Of a stretch of DNA of 64,000 nucleotides, positions 13,310 to 24,440 are shown in pieces; position 1 is the first letter of the stretch; each line of letters begins with the position of its first letter. Both the position numbers and the translations under genes were made by a program. The notes under the pieces are model-generated. The model was given only the letters and a program-made list of their open reading frames with translations, searched no databases and was not told the DNA's origin. This DNA is from Vicugna vicugna (Eukaryota). The stretch spans positions 2,625,214 through 2,689,213 of the forward strand of contig MU063601.1 in the NCBI GenBank assembly GCA_013265495.1. The letters are read 5' to 3'.

Positions 13310-13530
13310 AGAAATCAGCACTGTCCACTACAACTTTCTGCAATTATAGAAATGTTCTATATATTTCTGTAATTGCATAGCCCAATACTATAGGCACTAG
13401 TCACATTTGACTACTGAGGACCTGAAATGTGGCTAGTGCAGCCAAGGAAATTCATTTTATATTTTTTACAAATTTAAATTAACTGTAAATAGCCACATGT
13501 GGCTAGTGACCATCACACTGGACACGTCAG
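13310..13530. mobile_element. MER3-like hAT MITE
   Basis: gcactgtcc...actttctgcaat...aatgtggctagtg...atagccacatgtggctagtg; family from memory. Confidence 0.6.
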
Positions 13531-14237
13531 CTCTTTATGATTTGCTTGCTCAAATGAAAATCTTGCCTGTGAAAATCTACATCATTATGCTTAAGTTGTC
13601 TTAAGAGTTACTGTGCAGTTAATCATGTTTAATCAGTTACACCAGCTGCTGAAATGATACATCATCAAACTTTGTAAAAGTGTTTTTAGAGATGTACCGT
13701 ACTCAAAAATCTTGGTTTGGGATTAGGATATTAAAAGGTCTATCCCGTGTCTCTCATTATATAGTATAATTTTTTTTTAATCCAGTGATTCATAAACCAT
13801 AAATACCTAAACAAAAGTCAATCAATTCTTCTTTTCTTTCTTGATTTGTCTAGAAAAGCCACTGTTCCATATAAAAACACAGCTGACTGGCACACACCAG
13901 GACCTCTCAACATCACTTAATTCCTAGTCTTCACCAGGTCCACAGGCATAGATTTATTCTGCCCTTTCCAATACAGCAGGTACTCCCTTAAAAAAGCAGG
14001 GAGTGTGTAGAAAACAAGTGGCCTGTTTTATAAAACTCTAAATTTATTCAAAGTGTTAAAAGATTTCACTCTTCCCTCCAAAATACTTTACATTAAAAAA
14101 AAATTCAAAACTCTTTTCTATTTTTTTTAGCCACTGTACAAGCTGCTGCTTCCCTTTCTGGGGACCAGCCTCTGCCCCTCTAGCCCTCTTCCCCTCCCTC
14201 CCTCCCTCCCTCACTTCACTCTCAGTATTGCTATAGG

Positions 14238-14243
14238 TTTATT
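14238..14243 (-). terminator. RCC1: RCC1 polyadenylation signal AATAAA
   Basis: tttatt on +, ~790 nt after the stop codon; a second AATAAA lies at 14043-14048. Confidence 0.7.
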
Positions 14244-15027
14244 TATAAAGCACTCCTTCCCTCTCTCCCAAGGTCCTCTCCTGCAGGCGTAGCTTTCTTT
14301 CCAGATTTCAGGCCCTTGGCTGCAGGTGACTCAGGTTGGATGGGTGAGATACTGCAGTCAATGTTTGAAGGGAAGAATGCTTTGTGCTTCTGGGAGAAAG
14401 GCTGATTGGCTTTTTTCTTGATCAAGTGGAGAATCTTTTTTTTGTTTGCCTCATGGGCACCTGTTCAAGGCCAAACATTTGGCTTGGGGTTGCCCATGGC
14501 TGGGTAGCCCTGCCCCTTCTCCAGTTTCCCCCAGGCATAGGTCCATGACAACTGGGTCTGACGACTGTACCATTTGTCTGCCTGTGGGCTGTGAAGGACA
14601 GGAAGAGTGGCACACGACTACTAGAGAGGGCTTGAAGGAGCCCCAACTCCTCAGGGTATGGGCACCAAACACCCAGCAGAGGAAGTTTTGGTTTTTGGTA
14701 GGCAAAACCAGGGTCAGCCAGGACCAAGGGAGGTAGGGATGAGGGGGAAAGGTCTAACCACATAGCTGTGGGGTGAGCAATATTCCTTCTGACAAAACTC
14801 CCTCCCCTCTGCCATATCTCCCACCCTCATCCTGTAGGTCCCAGGATGATCCCAGAAAGGAGGGGAAAAAAAAGAGGAGGAAAAGGATTCTGTTCTGCTC
14901 TAGGGAAAAAAGCAGGAGATGACAGAGTGCTTGGGGCTGGGGGAGGTCTGCTGGGATACGCAGTCATCGCAGCTTCCCTGTTCTGGGAGGGAGGTAGGGG
15001 CCGGCAACCAGGCCCTCAGAGGCTTCA

Positions 15028-15203
15028 TCAGCTCTGCTCCTTGTCCTTGACTAGTAAGACTGTGTGCTGGCCTCCGCTGGACACAGATAAGACCACGCGG
15101 TTCTCCAGCTGCTTGCCTGTCATCTCCACAGGGCTCCATGCATCCTCTTCCTGTCCTGTGCCCAGCTGGTAGTTGGTGCCCATGCCCCAGGCAAAAACAC
15201 GTC
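15028..15203 (-). CDS. RCC1: RCC1 last coding exon (to TGA)
   Basis: 176 nt, tag acceptor; [58 protein letters not shown]. The 9 coding exons sum to 1266 nt = 421 aa + stop. Confidence 0.98.
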
Positions 15204-16058
15204 CTACAAAGGAGAGAAATGGGGGCAGCTGTCTCCAGGGTCCCGAGCTCTACCCTTCCCAGCATTCAGTGATGCTGGGAGAAGACAAGGGGGTGACGGA
15301 TAAAGAAGACCTTTGTCAACCAGAGACCACAGTCCTTACACATTGCCAAAGACTTCTCCCTGCTCCTAGGCATGGCATTCAAGGCCCAACAATGACTGGC
15401 TATTCTCCAAACCCCCTTAGCACCCTCCATTCCCAGGACCACTGCCTTTGATACTCTGGATATTCCTGGACCCGGGATGCCCTCCTTTGCTTATCATAAA
15501 GGACTGAACCTTCGAGGTGCAGGACAAGCCCCACTTCCTCAGGAATTCTTCCCAGATAATCCCTGTTCAAGGACCTCTGCCAGTCTGACTTCTCAAGGTC
15601 CCATGGCTGTTCCACTCAGGCTTTAGCAATCAATTGTCCAGATCTCTGCTGTGCCTGCCAGGACCCCAACTACTAAGCCTTCTTTCTCCTAATAAAATTC
15701 TAAGTACAACTCCCTGGGAAGTTGGCACCTACTAGGTTGTAAATAAAAGGGTCACCGTGGTAGAAAATGTAAAGAGAAGCCTGAGTTAGGAGTCGGGAGA
15801 CCTGGGTTCAAGTCCTACTGTCTGTCTGGTCCTCAGTGATATATCCCCCTTTGCTGTTTTCCTCCTCTACAGAACAAATCATCTCTATTAAAACAATCTG
15901 TTTACTCATGTAACGTCATCAAAGCCAGAGCTCCTGACAATCAGGATGAAAGCAATGTCATCACAAACACCGCTCTCCGTATCTCAGCTCCATCATATCA
16001 GAGCCTGAATCACAACCCTCAGACCCCAACCAGACTGACTGCAGGCAGCCCCACTCAC

Positions 16059-16211
16059 CATCCTTGGTCACAGCATATCCCACAGAGGCCCCACAAGCCA
16101 CTGAGGAGACAGGGGGCAGCCTGGAGATGAGGGTGGGTATGCTCTTCTCCTCAGCGCCCTCCCCAAGGCCCAGTCGCCCATACTCAGCCCGGCCCAGGCT
16201 GTACGCTCTTC
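16059..16211 (-). CDS. RCC1: RCC1 coding exon 8
   Basis: 153 nt, cag/gtgagt; [51 protein letters not shown]. Confidence 0.98.
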
Positions 16212-16554
16212 CTGTGGGAAGAGGGAGAGAGGAGTAGCAGAGGACGTGCTCCCGGTAGGCCAGGTGAGTGCCCACATCCATGGGAACTGGTCCCCCGTTC
16301 CCAGGGTGGTGAGAAGGTCTGCAGTGTCTCTTTCAGTTTTGGGAGAGGCCTGGGAAAACAACCCATAGACCCCTATTGCTCATATTTGGAAGAGCACCAG
16401 AATGCTGAGGGATGGGGGTGACCCTCACAGACCCACAGCTAGTCCAACCCTTGGAGCAGGCCCAGGTTCCAAGAACCATCACTCAGGAGTGTGGCCAGGT
16501 CTGTGCCCAGGGAACACTCCACCCCCGACCCAGAAATGGGCCTGGAGGTCCCAC

Positions 16555-16674
16555 CTTCTGAATCCATGCAGACAGTATGGTGCTGGCCACCAGAGAAGCC
16601 CACCCAGGACTTGGTGGAGTTCTTGAAGGATGTCAGGTTCTGAGGTACAAAGCAAGATTCTGTGCCTGGGGTTC
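16555..16674 (-). CDS. RCC1: RCC1 coding exon 7
   Basis: 120 nt, cag/gtggga; [40 protein letters not shown]. Confidence 0.98.
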
Positions 16675-16919
16675 CTGGGGAGAAAGGCCCGGATAGAGCT
16701 GTCAAGGGGGGAAGGTGTCCAAGGAGCTGTCCTTCATCCCCTCCCACAGTGTGGCCACCCGCCCTGCACCAGGGTATTCACATTCTTATTTCACAGATGA
16801 CAAAACTGGGGCTCTGGAAATTAGGTGACCTCACCAAGGGGGCACAACAATGAGTGGTGGAGGCAGGATTGGAACTCAGGTCACTCTGGGCTACATTGGG
16901 TGCTGGGCTTGCGACTCAC

Positions 16920-17075
16920 CAAGCTGATGGTAGTTGGAGAGGCCAAAGCCATATACATGGCCCTCAGAGGAGATGGCAAAGGTGAAGTAGGCACCACAGA
17001 AGGCATCCTGGAATCTGACATGACCCCGGCTTCCCCTGGATTTCAGCATCACACACTTGGGGACCAGGAGTCGTT
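16920..17075 (-). CDS. RCC1: RCC1 coding exon 6
   Basis: 156 nt, cag/gtgagt; hand-translated [52 protein letters not shown]. Confidence 0.98.
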
Positions 17076-17545
17076 CTGCAGGCAGAGAGAAGGCTCAGGT
17101 CAACGGCAAACACACATGGCCTCTCCTCTAGGCCCCAGCTCTTTCTCCTCCACTCAAAAGCCCTCGCAGGGAGACTGAGCAGAGACTCTTCTCCCTCTTA
17201 CACAGAAGAGGAAACTGAGGCCAAGAGAGTCCATTCAGACTCCCACAACCATAAGAGCTTAACATTTACATGGAACTTACCATGTGCCCAACATTCTTCT
17301 GTGCTAACTCATCTAACTTCACAACAACCCAATGAGATGAGGAAACTATGTCTAGGGTCCCCTAGCCAGTGGGTGGTAGAGTCAGGATTCAAACCTGGGC
17401 TAGTCCGGCTCTAGAGTCAGAGTTCTCAACTACCGCCACAGGTCTACCTGATACAAGCCTGAACACAGAAAATCCCTTCTGCCCTTGAGCTTCACCAGGG
17501 GGTGGCCTGCCAACTTGCCCCACCAAAGGGACCTAAGCCACCTAC

Positions 17546-17668
17546 CAAGGCCCTGCCGGCCACCACGATTGGCAAACAATTCAGGCACACGGCCCAGCTG
17601 GCCCTGCTCTCCACAGCCCAAAGTATAGAGGTCGCCATCAGCTGTCAGCATCACCAAGTGGTCGTTTC
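17546..17668 (-). CDS. RCC1: RCC1 coding exon 5
   Basis: 123 nt, cag/gtaggt; [41 protein letters not shown]. Confidence 0.98.
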
Positions 17669-17766
17669 CTGAGGGTGAGAGAAGGCAGGGGATGCAAGGC
17701 TTGTCTGTAAGGCCCAAGGCTGGGCCAGCCCCAGAATAAGGTTCTCCAACTACTGCCCAGACTCAC

Positions 17767-17863
17767 CTGAGGCCACCTTCATCACCGGCGTGCTCAGCTG
17801 CACCTGCACAGGCACCATGCTCTTTTTCATGGGCTCCAAGAGCCCGATCACACCGTTGTTGTC
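17767..17863 (-). CDS. RCC1: RCC1 coding exon 4
   Basis: 97 nt, cag/gtgagt; [32 protein letters not shown]. Confidence 0.98.
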
Positions 17864-18683
17864 CTGCAAGGGAGGGATGAACAGTTTTCAGCCTGTCCTA
17901 TCTGCCTAGTACCAGCCAGATCCAGCTTTGCAGGCAGCCACAAAGCTGTCTGGTGAAGGGCACTGGTGCCAGGTAGGGATGGAGAGGTGGGCAGGAGCCA
18001 GGCCACATAGTACTCTGTGATTTGCATTAAAATAACAAAGGAGTTGGGGATGAGATGGGAGTGAAAAAGAAACAAGTTTAGCCACAAGCTGATAATTGTT
18101 GAAGTGAGTTCAACATATTATTCTAAATGGAGTTCAATATATTATTCTAATTATTTTTATGTGTTTGAAATACTCCATTAAAAAAAAGTAAAAATAGCCC
18201 CAACAAGGAAACATCAGATTCCTTTATGTTTAACATGCCAAAATAAATTGAATACTGAAGTATCAAAGCAATTTTAATGCTGAATCTCCTTTTAAAACCA
18301 CTCTCCTGTCTTGGAAATTCTGTGATATGCCCCCAAACCCCCGAGAAGTGTGGAAGAGGGGTGGGAAGGGGAAGGGGGAAGTTAAAAGTAGGGAGATGGG
18401 TGAGGACAGCAGGCTTCCTGGCTCAGCCTCAGCCCAAAGGCATCGCTGACCCACCCCTTTCCCAAGACACATACTTCATAACATCAGCATCAAGCAAACA
18501 GCCAGTGGTGTGGACAGGCCTAGAAGAAGAAGCCAAAGACCTGGGTCTGGGCCTGAGCTCTGCCCAGGGCCTTGATTTCCCCACCAGTAAGTACAACAGG
18601 GCTGTGGAGCTGAGTTATCTTTGGGGTCCCACCAGTTCATTCTGCTTGCCAGCCCCCATGCAGTTCTCCAGACCCAGTCTTAC

Positions 18684-18863
18684 CCGGAAGGAGCCCCACA
18701 GGAAGACTCGGCCGTCCTCGGTGAGGGCCGCTGTGTGACTGTCTCCTGCTGACACCTGCACCACCTTCTCTTGCAGTTCCACTTTCCCGGGGACCATCTC
18801 TGAGCCCTCTGCTGATGTGTCCCTTCCCAGGGCACCCTCATCATTGCAGCCGAAGGAGTAGAC
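18684..18863 (-). CDS. RCC1: RCC1 coding exon 3
   Basis: 180 nt, tag/gtaag; [60 protein letters not shown]. Confidence 0.98.
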
Positions 18864-19032
18864 CTATGTCCAGGATGGCCCCGTTAGTGCAAGGTCTGGC
18901 CTCTCAGTCCACTCTTGTTTAAGCCACTCCCTGCTCATCTAGCCAGCTCCATCTCCACAGAATGTGGCTCAAAGCTCTTCCCCAAGCCCCCATGCCCAGG
19001 CCCTGTCCCATCCTGTGCCACCCTCAACTTAC

Positions 19033-19220
19033 CTGGCCACTTTTGCTTAGACACACGGTGTGCATGCCCCCAGCTTCAGCCTGCACGATGTCTTCTGGAA
19101 TGGGCACCAGGGCTGGCTTCTTCCTCTCCATCACATTCTCGCCTAGCCCCAGCTGGCCCACATCGCCCTGGCCCAGTGTCAGCACCAAGCCTGGTTCTGT
19201 GCTGTGGGACCTATGTGAGA
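19033..19220 (-). CDS. RCC1: RCC1 coding exon 2
   Basis: 188 nt, cag/gtaag; [63 protein letters not shown]. Confidence 0.98.
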
Positions 19221-20081
19221 CTGAGGGGTGAAGAAGACAGCCCCTGAGTGTGTAGGATGACAGGAGAGGAGAGGTCTCTGCATGGGCTCTGGGATCACAC
19301 AGACCTGGGTTCAAGCCCCTGCTCTGCCACAGACCATTAGCCTGACCTTTCCAAGCCTAAGTTTCCTCATCTGAGAAATGAGGATAACAAAAGTACCTAT
19401 CTCATAGGGTTTTTGTGAAGATGAAAAACAAAGCATATTATTAATGTGAGTGGAAGGAAATGGAAACAATGAGATACTGGATATTGTGAAATAAATCTTA
19501 GTGGGGAGAGAAAAAGAACAGTGAGGACGTAAGATACTTTCCTTGATTGGCTGTAAGGTCTTGGTCAGAAACACGGTGACAACAGTGAGGGCATAATAAC
19601 GTCTACCCCTTTACTGACTGCTTACTCTACTAATGTTGAATTGCTTTGCACATTGTTACAGACCTTCCATATTTAGGATCCCATTTTATAGGAAAGGGAA
19701 TAGAGCCTCAAGAGAGGTTAAGTAACCACTCCAGGGTCAGAGCTAATAACTAGCAGAAGAGTTTGCAGTGAAGCCTGTGTGTTCAGGGCACAGTCCCTAG
19801 CCTCCATCCTCAGGTTGTGACTTAACCTCTGGTCACGAACAGTGACCCTCACTGTGCTCCTATCTGGGAGCAGACAAGCAGCTGAAGAGGAACTGGCAGG
19901 CCTAAGACACCGCACAGACATTTGAGGAGAGGTACATGCCAACAGGTGCGTGGCACAGGGCCATCTGCTGGCCAATGACGGCGCCCGTGGCCCCGACAGC
20001 CAATGGCATCCAGGCCCTCCCTCTGGGGGTGTGGCCACAGCTGCCCCGACTGCGCAGAGGGCTCGCTGGGCAGGCAGCCAC

Positions 20082-20189
20082 CTGGTCGGGCTTTCTGGTC
20101 AGGAGGGCTCTGCCCACAGGCACCTTGGCAGGAGCGGGCGCCTGGAATGCGGCGGGAGGCAACGGCCCTCGCTGCCTGGTTACGAGAGT
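20082..20189 (-). CDS. RCC1: RCC1 alternative cassette exon (N-terminal tail insert, beta/gamma-type isoforms) with two donors
   Basis: gtcttttgcag acceptor at 20190-20192; phase-1 frame gives DSRNQAARAVASRRIPGARSCQ (66 nt, donor after 20124) or + GACGQSPPDQKARP (108 nt, donor after 20082); both lengths are multiples of 3; resembles the recalled human insert DTRAAASRRVPGARSCQ[GACGPSPPDQKTRP]. Confidence 0.85.
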
Positions 20190-20725
20190 CTGCAAAAGAC
20201 AGACACTGTCTGAGAGTGGGTCCACATTCCCCCCTCCCAGATTAGGCGTGGCTCTCTCTCCTCCCTGACTCCCTCCAGGGTCCCAACAGAGAGGAAACCA
20301 CAGCCAGCTCCCTGGAGTGCTACCAGGACACTGTCTCACTTTCCTCACAACAGCCCAGTGAGGTTGCCCATTTTATGAACGGGGTAGTCTAAGCTCAGTG
20401 AGGTCAGTGATTTGACCAAAGCTACACAGTTAGAAAGTGGCAGAGCCAGGACTTGAACCCAGTCTGGAGGTCAGTGGTCTTAAACATATGTATTATTGCC
20501 TGGGGCAAAGCCCTAGGGTCTAGTTTTTTGGCCAGTACCTGAGTGCTTTTAGGCAAGTCTCTGCACTGTTATAATTCCCAGAAGGTGGGATTCAATGACC
20601 TACAGGCGACCCTCCAGCTGGGTGGAGTTCCTGGACTTCCAGACCCCTCAGGAAGGAGCCCAGTCCCAGATTCTGGGGGCACCAGGAGGCCACCCATACT
20701 GAGATAGAGGCTAAAGCCAACTTAC

Positions 20726-20798
20726 CCTTCACCTTCTTGCTTTTCGGGAGGGCATCTTCTGGGGGTGACCTTCTCTTAGCTATACGCTTGGGTGGCAT
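20726..20798 (-). CDS. RCC1: RCC1 first coding exon (exon spans 20807-20726 with 9 nt of UTR)
   Basis: cag|GACAGGAAG ATG; [24 protein letters not shown]; gtaag donor; bipartite NLS and N-terminal X-P-K methylation motif. Confidence 0.98.
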
Positions 20799-23700
20799 CT
20801 TCCTGTCCTGAAAAAAACAGGCAAAAATGGCAATCATTTTCCTGCTCTAATTAGGCAATATTTATCAAAAACTTTAAAAGAGGTGAGAAGAAATTCCCAG
20901 CAATTCCACTTCTCAGAATTTATCTGAGAACCAAATAATAAATATACCTAAAGATTAACTTCCACAAATATTCTCTGCTGTATTCTTCTTAATAATAAAA
21001 AAAAAATGGAGCAACCCATGCACTTGGGAGGCTGGCTAGGTAATATGTAGTATATTGATGATAAAACAGTAGAAAGCCATTAAAAGTGATGTTTTCAGAG
21101 ATTTACATATTGAATAATTGCCAAATAATATAAGCAGACTGAAAAACAGCCCACCATCCTATTTGTGGGGGGGAAGCATACATATAAAAAATGTGTGGAG
21201 GAAAACATATTCAATATTAATAAAAGTAACCTCCGGGAAATTTCGGGATTATGGACAACTTTTACTTTTTTCTTTGTATCTTATTATACTATCTAAGATA
21301 CAAGGAACGTTACATTTTTTTTTTTCCCTGAGACATGGAATCTCATCAGTGAATCCCCCCAAACCATGTTTTTCTACAGCAGGTTTGTCAACCTCAGGCT
21401 CACCAGCACGGGGACCCCCCCCCCGCCCACTGCCACATGCCCTGGGAGGGACACACTGGTTGAGAGCGTCACCTACAGCTTTTGTTCGACCCTCAACAGT
21501 AAACTGAGCCCTCCACCTGACAGGGGGCCACAGTCCCCTCTTCCCCTCCAGGGCCCTGGTCTGGATGATCATTGGCCCATCGACGGGTTCCACACAGGGG
21601 TCTGACCTCTGCCTCACCCACAGGGCCAATGCCAGGAGCAACCCTTTGGCGCTCCTTCCAGAATGACCAAACCGTCTCTTGCTCCTTGTCAAGGGTCCTC
21701 ATAGCACAAGTGCTCATAGACCAGGTGGCTCCAGACCCCACACAGGGAGTAACGGGTCTGGACAGGACACAGGCCACTGATACCGGCTCAGCAGCTCTCA
21801 GGCAGGCAAGCAGGTCACACCTGCCCAACGCTTTCTTCTACAAAGTCTCCCCAAGACAGACCTACTGAATGACTAAAGGAGACCCTCTCTGAGTCAATCC
21901 CACTGTGCCCGAAGCTTGCTACGTGCTCATACATCTCATTTAACCCTCACAACGAGCCTTACTCTATGGAAGAAGAAAATCGTACTGTCCGGCTACAAAC
22001 CATTCTTAATGCCCACTGTTCTGAGCACTGAGTGTAGAAATAGCTGCTTCCTCTGTGCCCCGACGTCACGGGTGCAGCAGGGCAGCTACATCCATGGTGC
22101 TGGCAGGTCCGCCATCCATGGGGCAACATTTTTTTTTAATATAGAAAATTAAAACACTGAAGAACGTTAAGTGAAATATCCCTCATAACTCCTCCCAACC
22201 CTAACACAACCACTAGTAACCCTAGTGATGCATCACTGTTATAATCAAACCACATGCAAAAAAAAAAAGCTACTTTCATTAAATAAAACCAAACTAAACC
22301 AAACCATTTGTACCCTTTGATCCAAAATGCCACCACTCCTGGGAGGAGCCTGGCTTTCCTCTAAACAGTCCAACAAGAGACAAACAATGTATATACACAC
22401 ACACTAACGTACAAACAAGAGGTGTTACAACATGGGAAAAGGAAATCATCTACAGGTGACAAGAAGGGGATGATCCAGGGGCCTCAGCCCTGAGCCCCTT
22501 TTCTCCTTTAACTGCTACTACCTCCCCAAGGCTGCTGAGAACAGACATTCCTCCTGGCTCTAACAATTCCAGTCCAGCCCAAATTGTGTCCAAAGCCTTT
22601 TTTCCTCCACATATGCAGCTCTGGAAATAAACCTTTATTGAGTCCTGGTCTTTAAGGTTATGAAAGACAGTTAAGTTGTTTAAACTTGGGGCTCCCAAAT
22701 TCTAAATTGTGAACCCTCTGGAATGGATGGCTAGGGTCAGGGCAATTCACAGCTATCCAGATACAAACGGTAGAGTCATGGTTAAGAGGGGCCAGAACAT
22801 GTGCTCAGCTACTTTCTAGCTGTTTGACCAAAATCATTTAATTTCTTCATGATTCAGTTTCCTCCTCAGCAAAAAAGGGATAATAATAGCACCTACACCC
22901 TGTTGTAATGTGGAGGATTAAATGAACTAACACTGTAAAAGTGATTACATAGTAAGTGCTCAATAAATCAATACTGGTGTATAACAGCAGGAACCTGTCC
23001 CGGGAAATGCTCAGGCACAGCTCTCATCTAAGCTAACCCATCTCTCCTCCGTTTTACAGAAAAGGGGTGGAGGCTTCTACCCAAGGCTACAAATGGAAAG
23101 AGAACCCCAAGAGCCCTTCTCAGGCTCCAGTGTGGCCCGAAAGAGCACCCCCTCCCTTCTTCCTTCCAGGAGGTCCTAGAGACCCAGCCTCTCCAGCTCC
23201 CATGGTACACAAACACAAGGTCAGTGGCCTCTGCACTTCTGAGCACAGTTCTGCTGACTCTCCTGGGGGAGAACAAAGTACTAAAGACAAGGAAGCAGCC
23301 AAAGGCCTAGAGTGCCAAGCCTGTGCGGGTCGAGCCTCTGCAGGTGGAGCTTCTTCTACAGGCTGTGACGGGCCCAGTTCTCACTCTGATGACGTGGCAG
23401 TTCTGTGTCTCACCCAACTTTTATTCTCCCAGGGTGGAACCAATCAGCCTCTCTGAGACCCCTCTTCCCACACTAGAAATGCACACTCTGGGAGTCAAGG
23501 GAACTGGGTTCATCTGCCAGAGCCTGGCTTGCCCACCCCTGCTTCTGTGACCACGGTTAACCTCTCTGAGCTGTATCCTCACCTGTAAAAAGGGACACAA
23601 TGACTACTTCCAGGGCTGCTGTCAAGACTGAGTGAGTTGTTTGTAGAGGGCTTTCCAGTGCCAAGCACACAGTAAGTGCTTAATACATGGCAGCATTTAC

Positions 23701-24019
23701 TCATTCATTCCACAAATATTTACTGAGTGCCTCTAACCACCCCTTGGCTTTGGGCCAGGTGGAGAACAGAAAAAGGAAAACGAATCCTCTCCCTGTTCTC
23801 ATGGAGCTTACGTTCTAGTGGGAAAGAGACACACACACTGGTATTACAGATGGCGCTGTATGAAGAATAGGCAAGGTGATGTGGTANNNNNNNNNNNNNN
23901 NNNNNNNNNNNNNNNNNNNNNNNNNNNNNNNNNNNNNNNNNNNNNNNNNNNNNNNNNNNNNNNNNNNNNNNNNNNNNNNNNNNNNNNNNNNNNNNNNNNN
24001 NNNNNNNNNNNNNNNNNNN

Positions 24020-24440
24020 ATGGGAGAGGAGATATAGGTCAGATAAGTAACATTTGAGCTAAGACTTGAAATACCAGCCGGGGAAGACCTGGACAAAAGT
24101 ATGTGATGTGCTTAAGGATCCGGGGAGGCCAGCGGGGTCACAGCTGCACAGTGCCAGGTCAATGGCACGAGGGAAGCAAGGGCTGGTCATACAAGGCCTT
24201 GTATGGAAACTGAAAAGGTTTAAGGAGAAAAATGTCTTCTGAATACTGTAAAGAAAATGGAATGGATTGGAAGAGGAGACAACTGCAGGCACCCAAATGA
24301 GAGAAGCTGGTGACTGATCTGGTTTGAAGTAAGAGAGAAAAGTAGACAAAACAGATTAACTTAGGAGACAGGCTTGATTTGCCTGTTGGTTACGCGCAGG
24401 GAATGAGGGAGAGGGAGGAACCTGGAATGACATTTTCATC
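24020..24440 (-). mobile_element. L2 relic
   Basis: Purine-rich degenerate L2-like sequence (aacatttgagctaagacttgaa...gtcatacaaggccttgt). Confidence 0.55.

Noticed and set aside
18095-18150. 24-nt tandem duplication (gagttcaacatattattcta x2); also a ~40-nt duplication near 31710-31850
   Set aside because: Two-unit slippage duplications in intronic or L1 sequence; no spacers, so not CRISPR-like.
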